Shown in pieces: positions 1 through 7,952 of a stretch of 32,000 nucleotides of DNA. Source of the DNA: Pseudoalteromonas tetraodonis (GTDB lineage Bacteria > Pseudomonadota > Gammaproteobacteria > Enterobacterales > Alteromonadaceae); the NCBI RefSeq assembly GCF_002310835.1, contig NZ_CP011041.1, positions 2,040,001 through 2,072,000 of the forward strand, read 5' to 3'. Numbering within the stretch: position 1 is the first letter of the stretch; each line of letters opens with the position of its first letter. The position numbers were made by a program, and so were the translations under genes. A model generated the notes under the pieces. That model made no database searches. It was not told the DNA's origin and saw only the letters and a program-made list of their open reading frames with translations.

Positions 1-1
1 T

Positions 2-274
2 AAGCATTTCATCCAAAATGCGCGTTTTGACGGCACGCTAAAAACGGTTGATCAAGGTTTACTTATATTTCAATTAGTCAGTGCAGGTATGGGTGTGGCC
101 GCCTTACCCGATTGGTTAGTAACCCCGTATGAAAGCCAAGGGTTAATTAAGTCAATTCCACTGGGCGCGCTTGGTTTAACGCGTCCAATGTACTTAGCGA
201 TGAAAAAAGATATGAAAGACAATCCAGTTTATCGTCACTTTTTAAACACCTGTAAATTAAATAACGGTCGATAA
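2..274 (+). CDS. LysR-family transcriptional regulator, C-terminal fragment (MetR-like); 5' end lies outside the window
   Basis: Frame 2 is open from nt 2 (KHFIQNARFDGTLKTVDQGLLIFQLVSAGMGVAALPDWLV...). The motif 'GMGVAALPDWLV..QGL' resembles the effector-domain C-terminus of MetR/LysR regulators. Confidence 0.6.
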   Translation, partial: KHFIQNARFDGTLKTVDQGLLIFQLVSAGMGVAALPDWLVTPYESQGLIKSIPLGALGLTRPMYLAMKKDMKDNPVYRHFLNTCKLNNGR

Positions 275-316
275 ACCTTAAACTTATGAGTAACATGCTA
301 ATAAATATACTTAACC

Positions 317-1093
317 ATGTTGCTCATTATGTTTGAACTAAAAAAAATACTGGGCGGCTTGCTCATGCCGTTACCTTTGTTGGGTTTAGTAAGCCTAATA
401 TTACTTATTTTTGCGCTCAAACAACGAAAGGTCACAATCGCTTTATCTTTAATGAGCCTTGTAACTTTGCTACTTGCCAGCACCCCTTTGGTGGCCAACT
501 TACTGATTAAAAATAGCCAACCAACCTCATTGGCATTTAATTATCTTAAACACCCCAATTTAGATAAAATTGTGGTGCTTGGCTGTGACATAAACCCCAA
601 CCCTGCATTGAGTGCTAACAGCCAGTTAGGTAATTGTGCGTTAACCCGTTTGGTAGAAGGAATAAGACTTGCTAACATTTACCCTCATGCGCAACTGATT
701 GTTTCAGGTGGGGGGTATGAAAAAGTCACCAACAGTGCGTTAATGTATAAAACCGCGATTAGCTTGGGTATTAATAAAAATCGTATTGTGCAAAATCCAA
801 ACGCAATGGATACCGCCCAAGAGGCAAAACTTTTAGCCTCGAAACTCGTTGATTACAAGGTCGCTTTAGTCACCTCAGTAAGCCATATGCCCAGAGCAAA
901 GAATTTATTTAATGCGCAAGGCATTAACGTTATCCCTGCCGCAACCGACTATCACAACTTTGCCGCTTTCCCTTGGTATAAACAACTCATACCCAATGCA
1001 AAAGCATTACTAGTAGTTACCCAGTATGCTCATGAAGTTATTGGCAATGCGTGGATAAATGTACGCCGTACAATTAACCCTGAAGCACTTTAA
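317..1093 (+). CDS. elyC: DUF218/YdcF-family envelope biogenesis factor (ElyC/YcbC-like)
   Basis: 258-aa ORF. The N-terminus 'MFELKKILGGLLMPLPLL' parallels E. coli ElyC 'MLFTLKKVIGNMLLPLPLM'. It has 'VVLGC..' and 'SGGG' DUF218 motifs and 'VTSVSHMPRA' (ElyC 'VTSASHLPRA'). An alternative start at 329 (MFELKK) aligns better with ElyC. Confidence 0.7.
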   Translation: MLLIMFELKKILGGLLMPLPLLGLVSLILLIFALKQRKVTIALSLMSLVTLLLASTPLVANLLIKNSQPTSLAFNYLKHPNLDKIVVLGCDINPNPALSANSQLGNCALTRLVEGIRLANIYPHAQLIVSGGGYEKVTNSALMYKTAISLGINKNRIVQNPNAMDTAQEAKLLASKLVDYKVALVTSVSHMPRAKNLFNAQGINVIPAATDYHNFAAFPWYKQLIPNAKALLVVTQYAHEVIGNAWINVRRTINPEAL

Positions 1094-1124
1094 TTAAATT
1101 AACGCTTATTACGCTGGGTAAATT

Positions 1125-1165
1125 CCCCCTGTAAAACTGCGATTATTTGCGTTTTACACAGGGGG
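1125..1165. terminator. Imperfect GC-anchored hairpin between elyC and the DedA gene (possible terminator)
   Basis: CCCCCTGTAAAAC (1125-1137) pairs with GTTTTACACAGGGGG (1151-1165), with a 2-nt bulge and a 13-nt loop. Only a weak T tract (TTATT) follows. Confidence 0.35.
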
Positions 1166-1245
1166 TTATTAAAAAATAAAAACTGAATATTCGTTTGTTT
1201 GGCTAAAATAACATCTTTAACTAAAAAATAGCGTTGGCTGTTTTG

Positions 1246-1821
1246 TTATTCTTGGTGAGCTTTAACCTCAGCTGTTTTATTCCAAAGCCGATACAGTGTT
1301 ACTAAAAATACGCAAAGAAATAATAGACTTAGTGCTGTTAAATTCTCAACACCTAAAGCATCAAAAGTAGCACCGAAAATGTAGCCTCCACCGACTAAAA
1401 CAATAACCCATAGCAGTGCAGAGCATCCATTTAACACACTAAAACGGCGCCAACTAATTGCTGTAAGCCCTACGGGAAGGGCACCAATCGTGCGTAATCC
1501 TTTAGGATAACGATATAAAAAAATGTAGGCTGTGCCATGGCGTTCAGCAAGCTCACTGGCTGTTTTGAATAATCGACCAAGGCGGCCTGGTTTTTCAAGC
1601 CATGCCGCGCCATACGCTCTTGCTAAAGCAAAACGTAATTCATCGCCCAAGTAGCCACCCATAAAAGCAGCCAAAGCAACAAAACCAACATCTAGTGCGC
1701 CAGTATGTGCAGCATAGCCTGCGAACAAAGGTAGCCATCCACTTTTTAACGCACAATAACCAAAAAGTAACAGATAAACCAACAACCCGTACTGCTCAAT
1801 TAAAGCTAATACCCCTTCCAT
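1246..1821 (-). CDS. DedA/VTT-domain family inner-membrane protein
   Basis: 191 aa and multi-TM. The pattern 'GDELRF...YIFLYRYPKGLRTIGALPVGLTAISWRRFSVLNGCSALLWVIVLVGGGYIFG' matches the DedA signature (G..R.....G......RF...N..S...W......GY..G). Confidence 0.7.
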   Translation of the reverse strand: MEGVLALIEQYGLLVYLLLFGYCALKSGWLPLFAGYAAHTGALDVGFVALAAFMGGYLGDELRFALARAYGAAWLEKPGRLGRLFKTASELAERHGTAYIFLYRYPKGLRTIGALPVGLTAISWRRFSVLNGCSALLWVIVLVGGGYIFGATFDALGVENLTALSLLFLCVFLVTLYRLWNKTAEVKAHQE

Positions 1822-2100
1822 TTCATTCCTTTAAAGTAACTACCTTAGTAGCAAGCAAAGTAACATTGTAATTTAAACGAGGTAAGTACAGCGAAAGATC
1901 TGTGTTTTTTGCAATATAAGAATGGATGTAATTATGATTTTAAGCGTAGGTTTATATCTATTACGTTTATTAAATTTTTGGGATGCATAAACCAAAAATA
2001 ATTAACTCACAAAAAGGATAAAAGGGTATGCGGGTATATAAAAAATCAACATACTGACTTACCATAGTTTGCTAAATTAGCTATTTAGAACGCTATATTT

Positions 2101-2140
2101 TAAATAACCTACCCGAAATACGTTACAAGTAGGTTATTTA
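2101..2140. terminator. 12-bp perfect hairpin downstream of the Nif3 gene; no clear U tract
   Basis: TAAATAACCTAC (2101-2112) pairs with GTAGGTTATTTA (2129-2140), with a 16-nt loop. It lies 25 nt past the stop of the minus-strand gene ending at 2165. Confidence 0.3.
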
Positions 2141-2164
2141 TAAAATTACTTTTAAGCTAGGTGT

Positions 2165-2938
2165 TTACACAGGATTGTCTATGTCAATAAATGTCACATC
2201 AAAGCCATGTTTATCGGCAAGGTATTCACCCAACGCTTTAATACCGTAGCGCTCGGTAGCGTGATGACCAGCGGCAAAAAAGTCGATATTTTGCTCGCGT
2301 GAGCTGTGAATGGTTTGCTCTGATGCCTCACCAGTTAAGTAAGCATCAATACCTTGCTCGGCTGCTAAGTCGATATACCCTTGCCCGCCACCTGTACACA
2401 AAGCGATGGTTTCAATTTTATCAGTACGTACTAAACTCGTTAGTGGCTCGCGCTTAAGCACTTGGCTTATTTTTTTGGCAAATTCACTGCCCGTTAGCGG
2501 CGTTTTTAAACGCCCTTTCATCGCTACACTGTTGTTAGTTGGCTCAAGGCCTGCTTCAATTTCAATATCGAGCAATTGCGCCAGCTGTGCGTTATTACCC
2601 ATTTCAGGGTGAATATCTAACGGCAAATGATAGGCAAATAAATTGATGTCGTTAGCTAAAAGCGCAGCCACACGACGTTTTTTCATGCCAGTGATAGGTT
2701 GTGACTCGCCTTTCCAAAAATAGCCATGGTGTACCAAAATAGCATCAGCATTATTTTCAATCGCGGCATCAATAAGTGCTTGGCTTGCTGTTACACCCGT
2801 TACTATGGTGCGTATCTCATCTTTACCTTCTACCTGAAGCCCGTTTGGACAAAAATCGTTAATGGTTTCTGGCTTTAACAGGGTGTTTAATAATTGATTA
2901 AATTCTCTACGTTGCATACTACTTACCTTACTTTGCAC
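2165..2938 (-). CDS. ybgI: Nif3-like dinuclear metal centre protein (YbgI / GTP cyclohydrolase I type 2 homolog)
   Basis: 257 aa. Motifs 'NGLQVEG', 'ILVHHGYFWKGE', 'AYHLPLDIHPE.GNN' and 'AAGHHATERYGI' are characteristic of the NIF3/YbgI family. Confidence 0.85.
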   Translation of the reverse strand: MQSKVSSMQRREFNQLLNTLLKPETINDFCPNGLQVEGKDEIRTIVTGVTASQALIDAAIENNADAILVHHGYFWKGESQPITGMKKRRVAALLANDINLFAYHLPLDIHPEMGNNAQLAQLLDIEIEAGLEPTNNSVAMKGRLKTPLTGSEFAKKISQVLKREPLTSLVRTDKIETIALCTGGGQGYIDLAAEQGIDAYLTGEASEQTIHSSREQNIDFFAAGHHATERYGIKALGEYLADKHGFDVTFIDIDNPV

Positions 2939-2997
2939 TGAATTTTGTACAAATTTTGGCGGTTATGCACTAAAAATGAAAGGAAAATCGCAAAAAA

Positions 2998-3026
2998 TTG
3001 AAAAACAGTTCTAAAATAGGTATAAA
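2998..3026 (+). promoter_or_regulatory. Near-consensus sigma70 promoter for the 3068 gene
   Basis: TTGAAA (2998-3003), an exact 17-nt spacer, then TATAAA (3021-3026). It lies about 40 nt upstream of the ATG at 3068. AGGG sits 7 nt before the ATG. Confidence 0.55.
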
Positions 3027-3067
3027 TACCTCTTCTTTATCTGTGTAAACAACGTATAGGGTCTCTG

Positions 3068-3430
3068 ATGAGCAAACTAGACAAAACAGAAGTGTTATCT
3101 GCCTTTGAAGCTGCATATGAAGCTGCCAACGGTAAAAAACCTGAAATAACAACTAAACCTGGCTGGTATAGCATTGATGGCGGCAAGAACATGCGCCTAG
3201 CTGATGTAGCAGAGCTGACTAAAGAATTAAGCTCTGGTAAGTCTACAAAAAAAGCTGCAGTAAAAGCACCTGCTAAAAAAACTAAAAAAGCTGCTCCTGT
3301 AAAAGCACAGAAAAAAGCGCCTTTCACCGTGATCACACAAAACGAAGAAGGCTACACAGCAGAAGAGCTTTGGATAGTTGAGCTTGCTCGCAAAGATCAC
3401 GATTGCCGCCTACCTCGCGGTGTTGTTTGA
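3068..3430 (+). CDS. Small basic protein with a histone-H1-like Lys/Ala-rich linker (hypothetical; possible nucleoid-associated or nucleic-acid-binding protein)
   Basis: 120-aa ORF. The central low-complexity tract is 'GKSTKKAAVKAPAKKTKKAAPVKAQKKAP', flanked by structured-looking N- and C-terminal segments. It has a strong promoter upstream and a terminator downstream. I did not recognise a family with certainty. Confidence 0.6.
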   Translation: MSKLDKTEVLSAFEAAYEAANGKKPEITTKPGWYSIDGGKNMRLADVAELTKELSSGKSTKKAAVKAPAKKTKKAAPVKAQKKAPFTVITQNEEGYTAEELWIVELARKDHDCRLPRGVV

Positions 3431-3454
3431 TCAGCTGAGTGCTTTGTATAAAAG

Positions 3455-3477
3455 AAACCGCGTTAAGCGGTTTTTTT
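3455..3477. terminator. Rho-independent terminator shared by the convergent 3068 and HPP genes
   Basis: AACCGC (3456-3461), loop GTTAA, GCGGTT (3467-3472), then T7 (3471-3477). An A tract lies upstream, so it could act bidirectionally. The stop codon of the minus-strand gene sits in the loop. Confidence 0.7.
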
Positions 3478-3939
3478 ATATTTATTATCCATCAAGTATT
3501 GAATAATCCACCTCGCAACAAAGCCAGACAAAACTATGAATACAGTTCCTGCCAGTACTGGCATTATTAAAAAATCCCAACTTTGGCCAGACTCAATAAT
3601 TAAGATAGGGTTTGCGCCGGCAGCAGGGTGAATAGTTTTTGTGATTATCATTAATGTTATAGCAATACCCACAGCCAGCCCAATCATAATCGCACTATCA
3701 GCACTATAGTAGCTAAAAGCAACCCCAATCATTGCGGTCAGCATATGCCCCCCTATTACGTTTTTTGGCATAGCTAACGGGCTCTGCGGTACGCCAAAAA
3801 CAAGTACAGCTGTTGCGCCGAATGGCGCCATTAACCAAATACCGTAATCACCCATATAATTTAGCCACGCCAAAAACCCCAAAACAAAAGTAGAAAAAAC
3901 GCCTGCGATTAATGCCGACTTTATTTGCTCACTATGCAT
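3463..3939 (-). CDS. HPP-family integral membrane protein
   Basis: 158 aa with about 4-5 TM segments. 'APFGATAVLVFGVPQSPLAMPKNVIGGHMLTAMIGV' and 'IHPAAGANP' match the HPP family signature (HPP(A)G motif). Confidence 0.75.
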   Translation of the reverse strand: MHSEQIKSALIAGVFSTFVLGFLAWLNYMGDYGIWLMAPFGATAVLVFGVPQSPLAMPKNVIGGHMLTAMIGVAFSYYSADSAIMIGLAVGIAITLMIITKTIHPAAGANPILIIESGQSWDFLIMPVLAGTVFIVLSGFVARWIIQYLMDNKYKKTA

Positions 3940-3954
3940 ATTACCTCCTCAAAA

Positions 3955-3999
3955 GTAGACCGACTTGTCTACACATGCAATATAGACAAGTCGGTCTAC
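3955..3999. promoter_or_regulatory. Two palindromic operator-like sites in the HPP/TetR divergent intergenic region
   Basis: GTAGACCGACTTGTCTAC (3955-3972) and TAGACAAGTCGGTCTAC (3983-3999) are reverse complements of each other. Each is internally palindromic (GTAGAC-N6-GTCTAC). They lie between the HPP start (3939) and the TetR start (4041). Confidence 0.65.
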
Positions 4000-4040
4000 C
4001 TATGTCAAGCTGTGTTTTTACTGCTCAAATTTGGAATATC

Positions 4041-4616
4041 ATGGATAAACAACAACAAATAATCAGTACGGCACTGAGTCTTTTTTATAAAAAGGGTATA
4101 CACGCTGTTGGTATTAATGAAATTTTAGCTGTATCGGGCATTGCAAAAAAAACCTTATATAAGCACTTTGAAAGCAAAGACGCGCTTATTTGTGCTTGTT
4201 TAGTCGCACGTGACATCTGCTTTAACGCTTGGCTTAAAAAAATATGTATACAACCAAGTGCTATGTTAGTCGCACAGGCAATTTTTGCCGGACTGAAAAA
4301 GTGGATTAATAATGAGGTTTCAGAGTTAGGGTGTTTTAATGGCTGTTTTTTTATTAATACTGCAGCTGAGTACCCTGTAGAGAACGACCCTATTGCCAAA
4401 CTTTGCAAACAGCACAAGCAAGCGAACTTTGAGATCATACTATCAGCTCTTTTAGAAACACCTGAATTTGCTCACAATAGAGAAAAAGCAATTGAAGCCA
4501 CGCAACACTTACTTATTTTAAAGGAAGGTTATATATGTAGAGCGAGGGTGATGCATGATGTAACAGTGACTCCACCTAGTGATAATATTTTAAAAGCGAT
4601 AGTAGCGGTTAGTTAA
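4041..4616 (+). CDS. TetR/AcrR-family transcriptional regulator
   Basis: The N-terminal HTH 'ALSLFYKKGIHAVGINEILAVSGIAKKTLYKHFESKDALI' is typical of TetR. I prefer the ATG at 4041 (MDKQQQ) over the ORF-track start at 3912, which overlaps the HPP gene and the operators. Confidence 0.8.
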   Translation: MDKQQQIISTALSLFYKKGIHAVGINEILAVSGIAKKTLYKHFESKDALICACLVARDICFNAWLKKICIQPSAMLVAQAIFAGLKKWINNEVSELGCFNGCFFINTAAEYPVENDPIAKLCKQHKQANFEIILSALLETPEFAHNREKAIEATQHLLILKEGYICRARVMHDVTVTPPSDNILKAIVAVS

Positions 4617-4633
4617 ATAGGTAAATACAGTAT

Positions 4634-4656
4634 AAAAAAAGCGGCTAAATAGCCGC
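4634..4656 (-). terminator. Rho-independent terminator of the amidohydrolase gene; may also stop TetR transcription
   Basis: GCGGCT (4641-4646), loop AAAT, AGCCGC (4651-4656). It is preceded on the plus strand by A7 (4634-4640), which is a U tract on the minus strand. Confidence 0.65.
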
Positions 4657-4679
4657 TTATTAACTAAAAAATGGCTGCA

Positions 4680-7600
4680 TTATTCAAAAAATAATGGTTC
4701 ACGCTGTTTTTTGCCTACTTCGTTCATGGTGGCTGCGTCGAACAAACGGCCGTTGATCATGGTGTAATCAATTTTGTCTGAATCACGAATGTTTTTCAGT
4801 GGGTCGCCATCAATAACCATTAAATCTGCCAGTTTACCGACCTCTAATGAACCCACATTTTTATCTAGGCCTAAATATTTTGCCGGATCGAGTGTAGATG
4901 CTCTAATTGCTTCCAGTGGCGTCATGCCGCCTTGGGCAAACATCCACATTTCCCAATGCGCACCTAACCCCTCACGTTGACCATGCGCCCCCAAATTAAC
5001 AAGTACACCTAAATCTTGTAACTCAGCCGCTACGCGAGCATTGTTAAAGTGATTATAGTGATGATCGGGTGCTTTAACTCGGCGCATTGAGCGCGGTAAT
5101 AATTGGTTTTTAGGCACAAATTTACTTAAACGTGGATGATTCCATACGTCCGTTTTATCATACCAGTAGTTTTCACCCCAAATACCGCCATAGGCAACCA
5201 CCAATGTAGGTGTGTAACCTACATCACTTTGTGACCATAGCTGCTTAATATCGTCATAAATATGTTCAACAGGAATTGAATGCTCAATGCCTGTATGGCC
5301 ATCGACTACCATACTCAAGTTATGTTGTAATAATGACCCCCCTTCTGGTACTACCATCATTTCAAGCATTCGCCCTGCTTCTATAACTTGCTGACGCTGC
5401 TCTCTGCGCGGTTGATTATAAGATTTAACACTAAACGCACCCACTTTTTTAAGGCGCTCTAAATGAAATTTAGCATCATCTAATGAGTCAATATGCGAGG
5501 TATACCCAGGCATATTCGCGCCGTATAAAATAGTACCGGTAGAGAAAATACGCGGACCAACGATCATCCCCGCTTTTTGCATTTCACTCGCGGTAAATAT
5601 TTCAGTGGTGTCGTTTGATGGGTCGTGAATAGTAGTAACACCCAGCGCAAGACCTGCTAAGTTTTTCCAGTTTTGCTGCGGGATAATTTCATCACTGGCT
5701 TGTGAGCCATGAGCATGGGCATCTACAATGCCAGGCATAATTGTTTTACCTGTTACATCAATGACCTTTGCCCCCTTAGGAATACTCACATCAGCAGCAG
5801 TGCCAATGGCTTTGATATGTTTGCCATCGGTAATGATCACGCCATTTTCAATGACCTTTTCACCCTCCATGGTAATAATTTTAGCGCCAGTTAATGCAAT
5901 CATGCCCTGTGGTTCAGCCATTTTTTTACTAAAGCCGATATTAGTCCCGCTTTTTACTTTAACGTCTTTATCATCTGCTTTATTAATAGCAAACATACCC
6001 TCTAAACTGGCATGGTAAAGCTCAGGCCCCAGTGTCCAATACAGTTTATTGCTGTTGGCACTCCAGCTAATGTTTTCACCGGCGCGTACAGATAGTTGCT
6101 CAATTGGAAATTGACTGTCTTTGGGCCCAATATTTATCGTTTTGCCGCGCTCTACAAATGGAGTAACAAATACTTTAAAGCGCTCAGCAAAAGCTAAATA
6201 CTCACCATCAGGAGAGACTCTAAATTCAGTGGCGTGCTCTGACTCATACAGTTTACGTACTTTTTTACTTTCAAGCTCTACCACACTCAACGTTGGTTTA
6301 GGCCATGGGCTCATAATATAAACACGATCGTTGGCACTGCCAAACTGAGGTTGATAGCCGCTTTTAGAAATGAGCTCACTTTTTCCGCCTTTAGCACTAA
6401 CACTGTATACCCCAGGATGCAGTGACCACTTAGGGTTTAAAATGCTGCCGCCGCTGGCTTTACGATACACCACGGTTTTGCCATCTGGACTAAATGTTGG
6501 CTCTACGTATTTTCCCGGCTCTTGTGTAATAGTGTCGCCACGACCACTGCGTGCAGAGACGACACGCACGGTGCCTTGTTCGTTATCATCCCACGTGGTG
6601 TAGACAATGTTTTTGCCATCACGAGAATACTGCGGGAATAACTCATAATGATCGGTTTGCTTAGTTAAGCGCTTTATTTTTCCTGATTCTAAGTCGCGCT
6701 TGTAAATATAGCCCAATGCTTCAAAAAGTGCGGTTTCACCGTCAGGGCTAATTTGCACATTACGCAGCATTTTTACATCAAACTCATCAGTGTCGATATT
6801 TTGAGTAAAACGCACTGCTTTTTGAATTTTTTTCGTGGTGTCTACTTTAAATGCAATATTGCTAACTGATTTATCATCGACATTGAGTTTATGAAGGGTG
6901 CCACCAGCCCAAAATACCAGCTCTTCGTTATCTGGGGTCCACGCAATAGTCGGATATACGCCATGAATCGCCCACGTTTCTTGCATATCGCGCTCTAGCT
7001 TGTCGTATAGCTTAGTATGCTCACCACTGGTTAAATCATATAAGTACAGGCTGGTTTGAAAGTCATCACGCTTTATGTACGCTAGTTTTTTACCATCTGG
7101 CGACGGCGTCGGTCTTATTGCCCCGCCCATGCCACTTATAATGGTTTCTATGTCGCCTGTTTCACGGTCATAACGCTTAATTTTATAAATACCGGCAACA
7201 GAGTCTTTTGAATAATGAAAAGTTTTACCCGGGGTTGCATCATGCGAAAAATAAACATACCGACCATCCGGTGAAAACATGGGTTCACCTAAATCTTTTT
7301 GATCGTTTTCACGTTTAGTCAGTTGCACCCCTTTACCGCCGGCTTTGTGATAAAGCCAGACCTCACCTGCGCCTAGCGAGCGACTGGCGGTAAAATGCTT
7401 ACGTGCAACTAAATAATCGCCATCAGGGCTCCACGCAGGGCTATTGAGTAATCTAAATGTTTCGTCAGTGACGGCGGTTTGGTTTTCGCCGTTAACATCC
7501 ATTATCCAAATATTGTCACCACCGCCTTGATCTGATGTAAAAGCAATGTGCTTGCCATCTGGGCTAAAGCGCGGCTGCATTTGCCATGCAATGTCTGAGG

Positions 7601-7853
7601 TTATTTTAGTCGCTTTACCACCACTCATTGGCATGGTGTAAATATCGCCCAGTAAATCAAATACTAAGGTTTCTCCGTCAGGACTTATATCGACATTCAT
7701 CCATGTGCCTTGCTCTACACTAATAGATGCATCAACAAATTGCCCTTTAGGTGAATCAACTTGCCATTTTTTTTCATCCGTTTGCTCTGCGTGTGCGTGG
7801 CCTAATGCCAATGAAACCGATAACGCGAGTGCTGTTTGCAGCATTTTTTTCAT
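4680..7853 (-). CDS. Secreted TolB-like beta-propeller (PD40/WD40-like repeats) fused to a C-terminal metal-dependent amidohydrolase domain
   Basis: 1057 aa. The signal peptide is 'MKKMLQTALALSVSLALGHAHA'. 'SPDG' PD40-type repeats recur through roughly the first 600 aa. The C-terminal domain has the HxH motif 'GIVDAHAHG' and later 'GTGIEH'/'LGAHG' amidohydrolase-like motifs. Confidence 0.8.
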   Translation of the reverse strand: MKKMLQTALALSVSLALGHAHAEQTDEKKWQVDSPKGQFVDASISVEQGTWMNVDISPDGETLVFDLLGDIYTMPMSGGKATKITSDIAWQMQPRFSPDGKHIAFTSDQGGGDNIWIMDVNGENQTAVTDETFRLLNSPAWSPDGDYLVARKHFTASRSLGAGEVWLYHKAGGKGVQLTKRENDQKDLGEPMFSPDGRYVYFSHDATPGKTFHYSKDSVAGIYKIKRYDRETGDIETIISGMGGAIRPTPSPDGKKLAYIKRDDFQTSLYLYDLTSGEHTKLYDKLERDMQETWAIHGVYPTIAWTPDNEELVFWAGGTLHKLNVDDKSVSNIAFKVDTTKKIQKAVRFTQNIDTDEFDVKMLRNVQISPDGETALFEALGYIYKRDLESGKIKRLTKQTDHYELFPQYSRDGKNIVYTTWDDNEQGTVRVVSARSGRGDTITQEPGKYVEPTFSPDGKTVVYRKASGGSILNPKWSLHPGVYSVSAKGGKSELISKSGYQPQFGSANDRVYIMSPWPKPTLSVVELESKKVRKLYESEHATEFRVSPDGEYLAFAERFKVFVTPFVERGKTINIGPKDSQFPIEQLSVRAGENISWSANSNKLYWTLGPELYHASLEGMFAINKADDKDVKVKSGTNIGFSKKMAEPQGMIALTGAKIITMEGEKVIENGVIITDGKHIKAIGTAADVSIPKGAKVIDVTGKTIMPGIVDAHAHGSQASDEIIPQQNWKNLAGLALGVTTIHDPSNDTTEIFTASEMQKAGMIVGPRIFSTGTILYGANMPGYTSHIDSLDDAKFHLERLKKVGAFSVKSYNQPRREQRQQVIEAGRMLEMMVVPEGGSLLQHNLSMVVDGHTGIEHSIPVEHIYDDIKQLWSQSDVGYTPTLVVAYGGIWGENYWYDKTDVWNHPRLSKFVPKNQLLPRSMRRVKAPDHHYNHFNNARVAAELQDLGVLVNLGAHGQREGLGAHWEMWMFAQGGMTPLEAIRASTLDPAKYLGLDKNVGSLEVGKLADLMVIDGDPLKNIRDSDKIDYTMINGRLFDAATMNEVGKKQREPLFFE

Positions 7854-7952
7854 GCTTATCTCACTTATTATTGTTGCTGTGTGTTGATCTATTACATGAT
7901 TGCAACAAAAACGCCAGCAAGTTACCAGCGTAATAGGATGAAGTGCATAAAA

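Noticed and set aside
3037-3336. 99-aa minus-strand ORF antisense to the K/A-rich small protein gene
   Set aside because: It is the low-complexity mirror (A/F/L-rich) of the Lys/Ala codon repeats on the other strand. It has no promoter or RBS support and overlaps the plus-strand promoter.
3912-4040. Upstream extension of the TetR ORF (track start at 3912)
   Set aside because: The extension overlaps the HPP gene start and covers both operator palindromes. The canonical TetR HTH begins right after the ATG at 4041.
5709-6603. Several 60-100-aa plus-strand ORFs inside the large amidohydrolase gene; similar shadow ORFs lie inside fumA, sdaA, pabB, the kinase and the cyclase
   Set aside because: They are antisense shadow ORFs within long, well-supported genes. 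They show no independent start signals and their sequences look low-complexity or non-protein-like.
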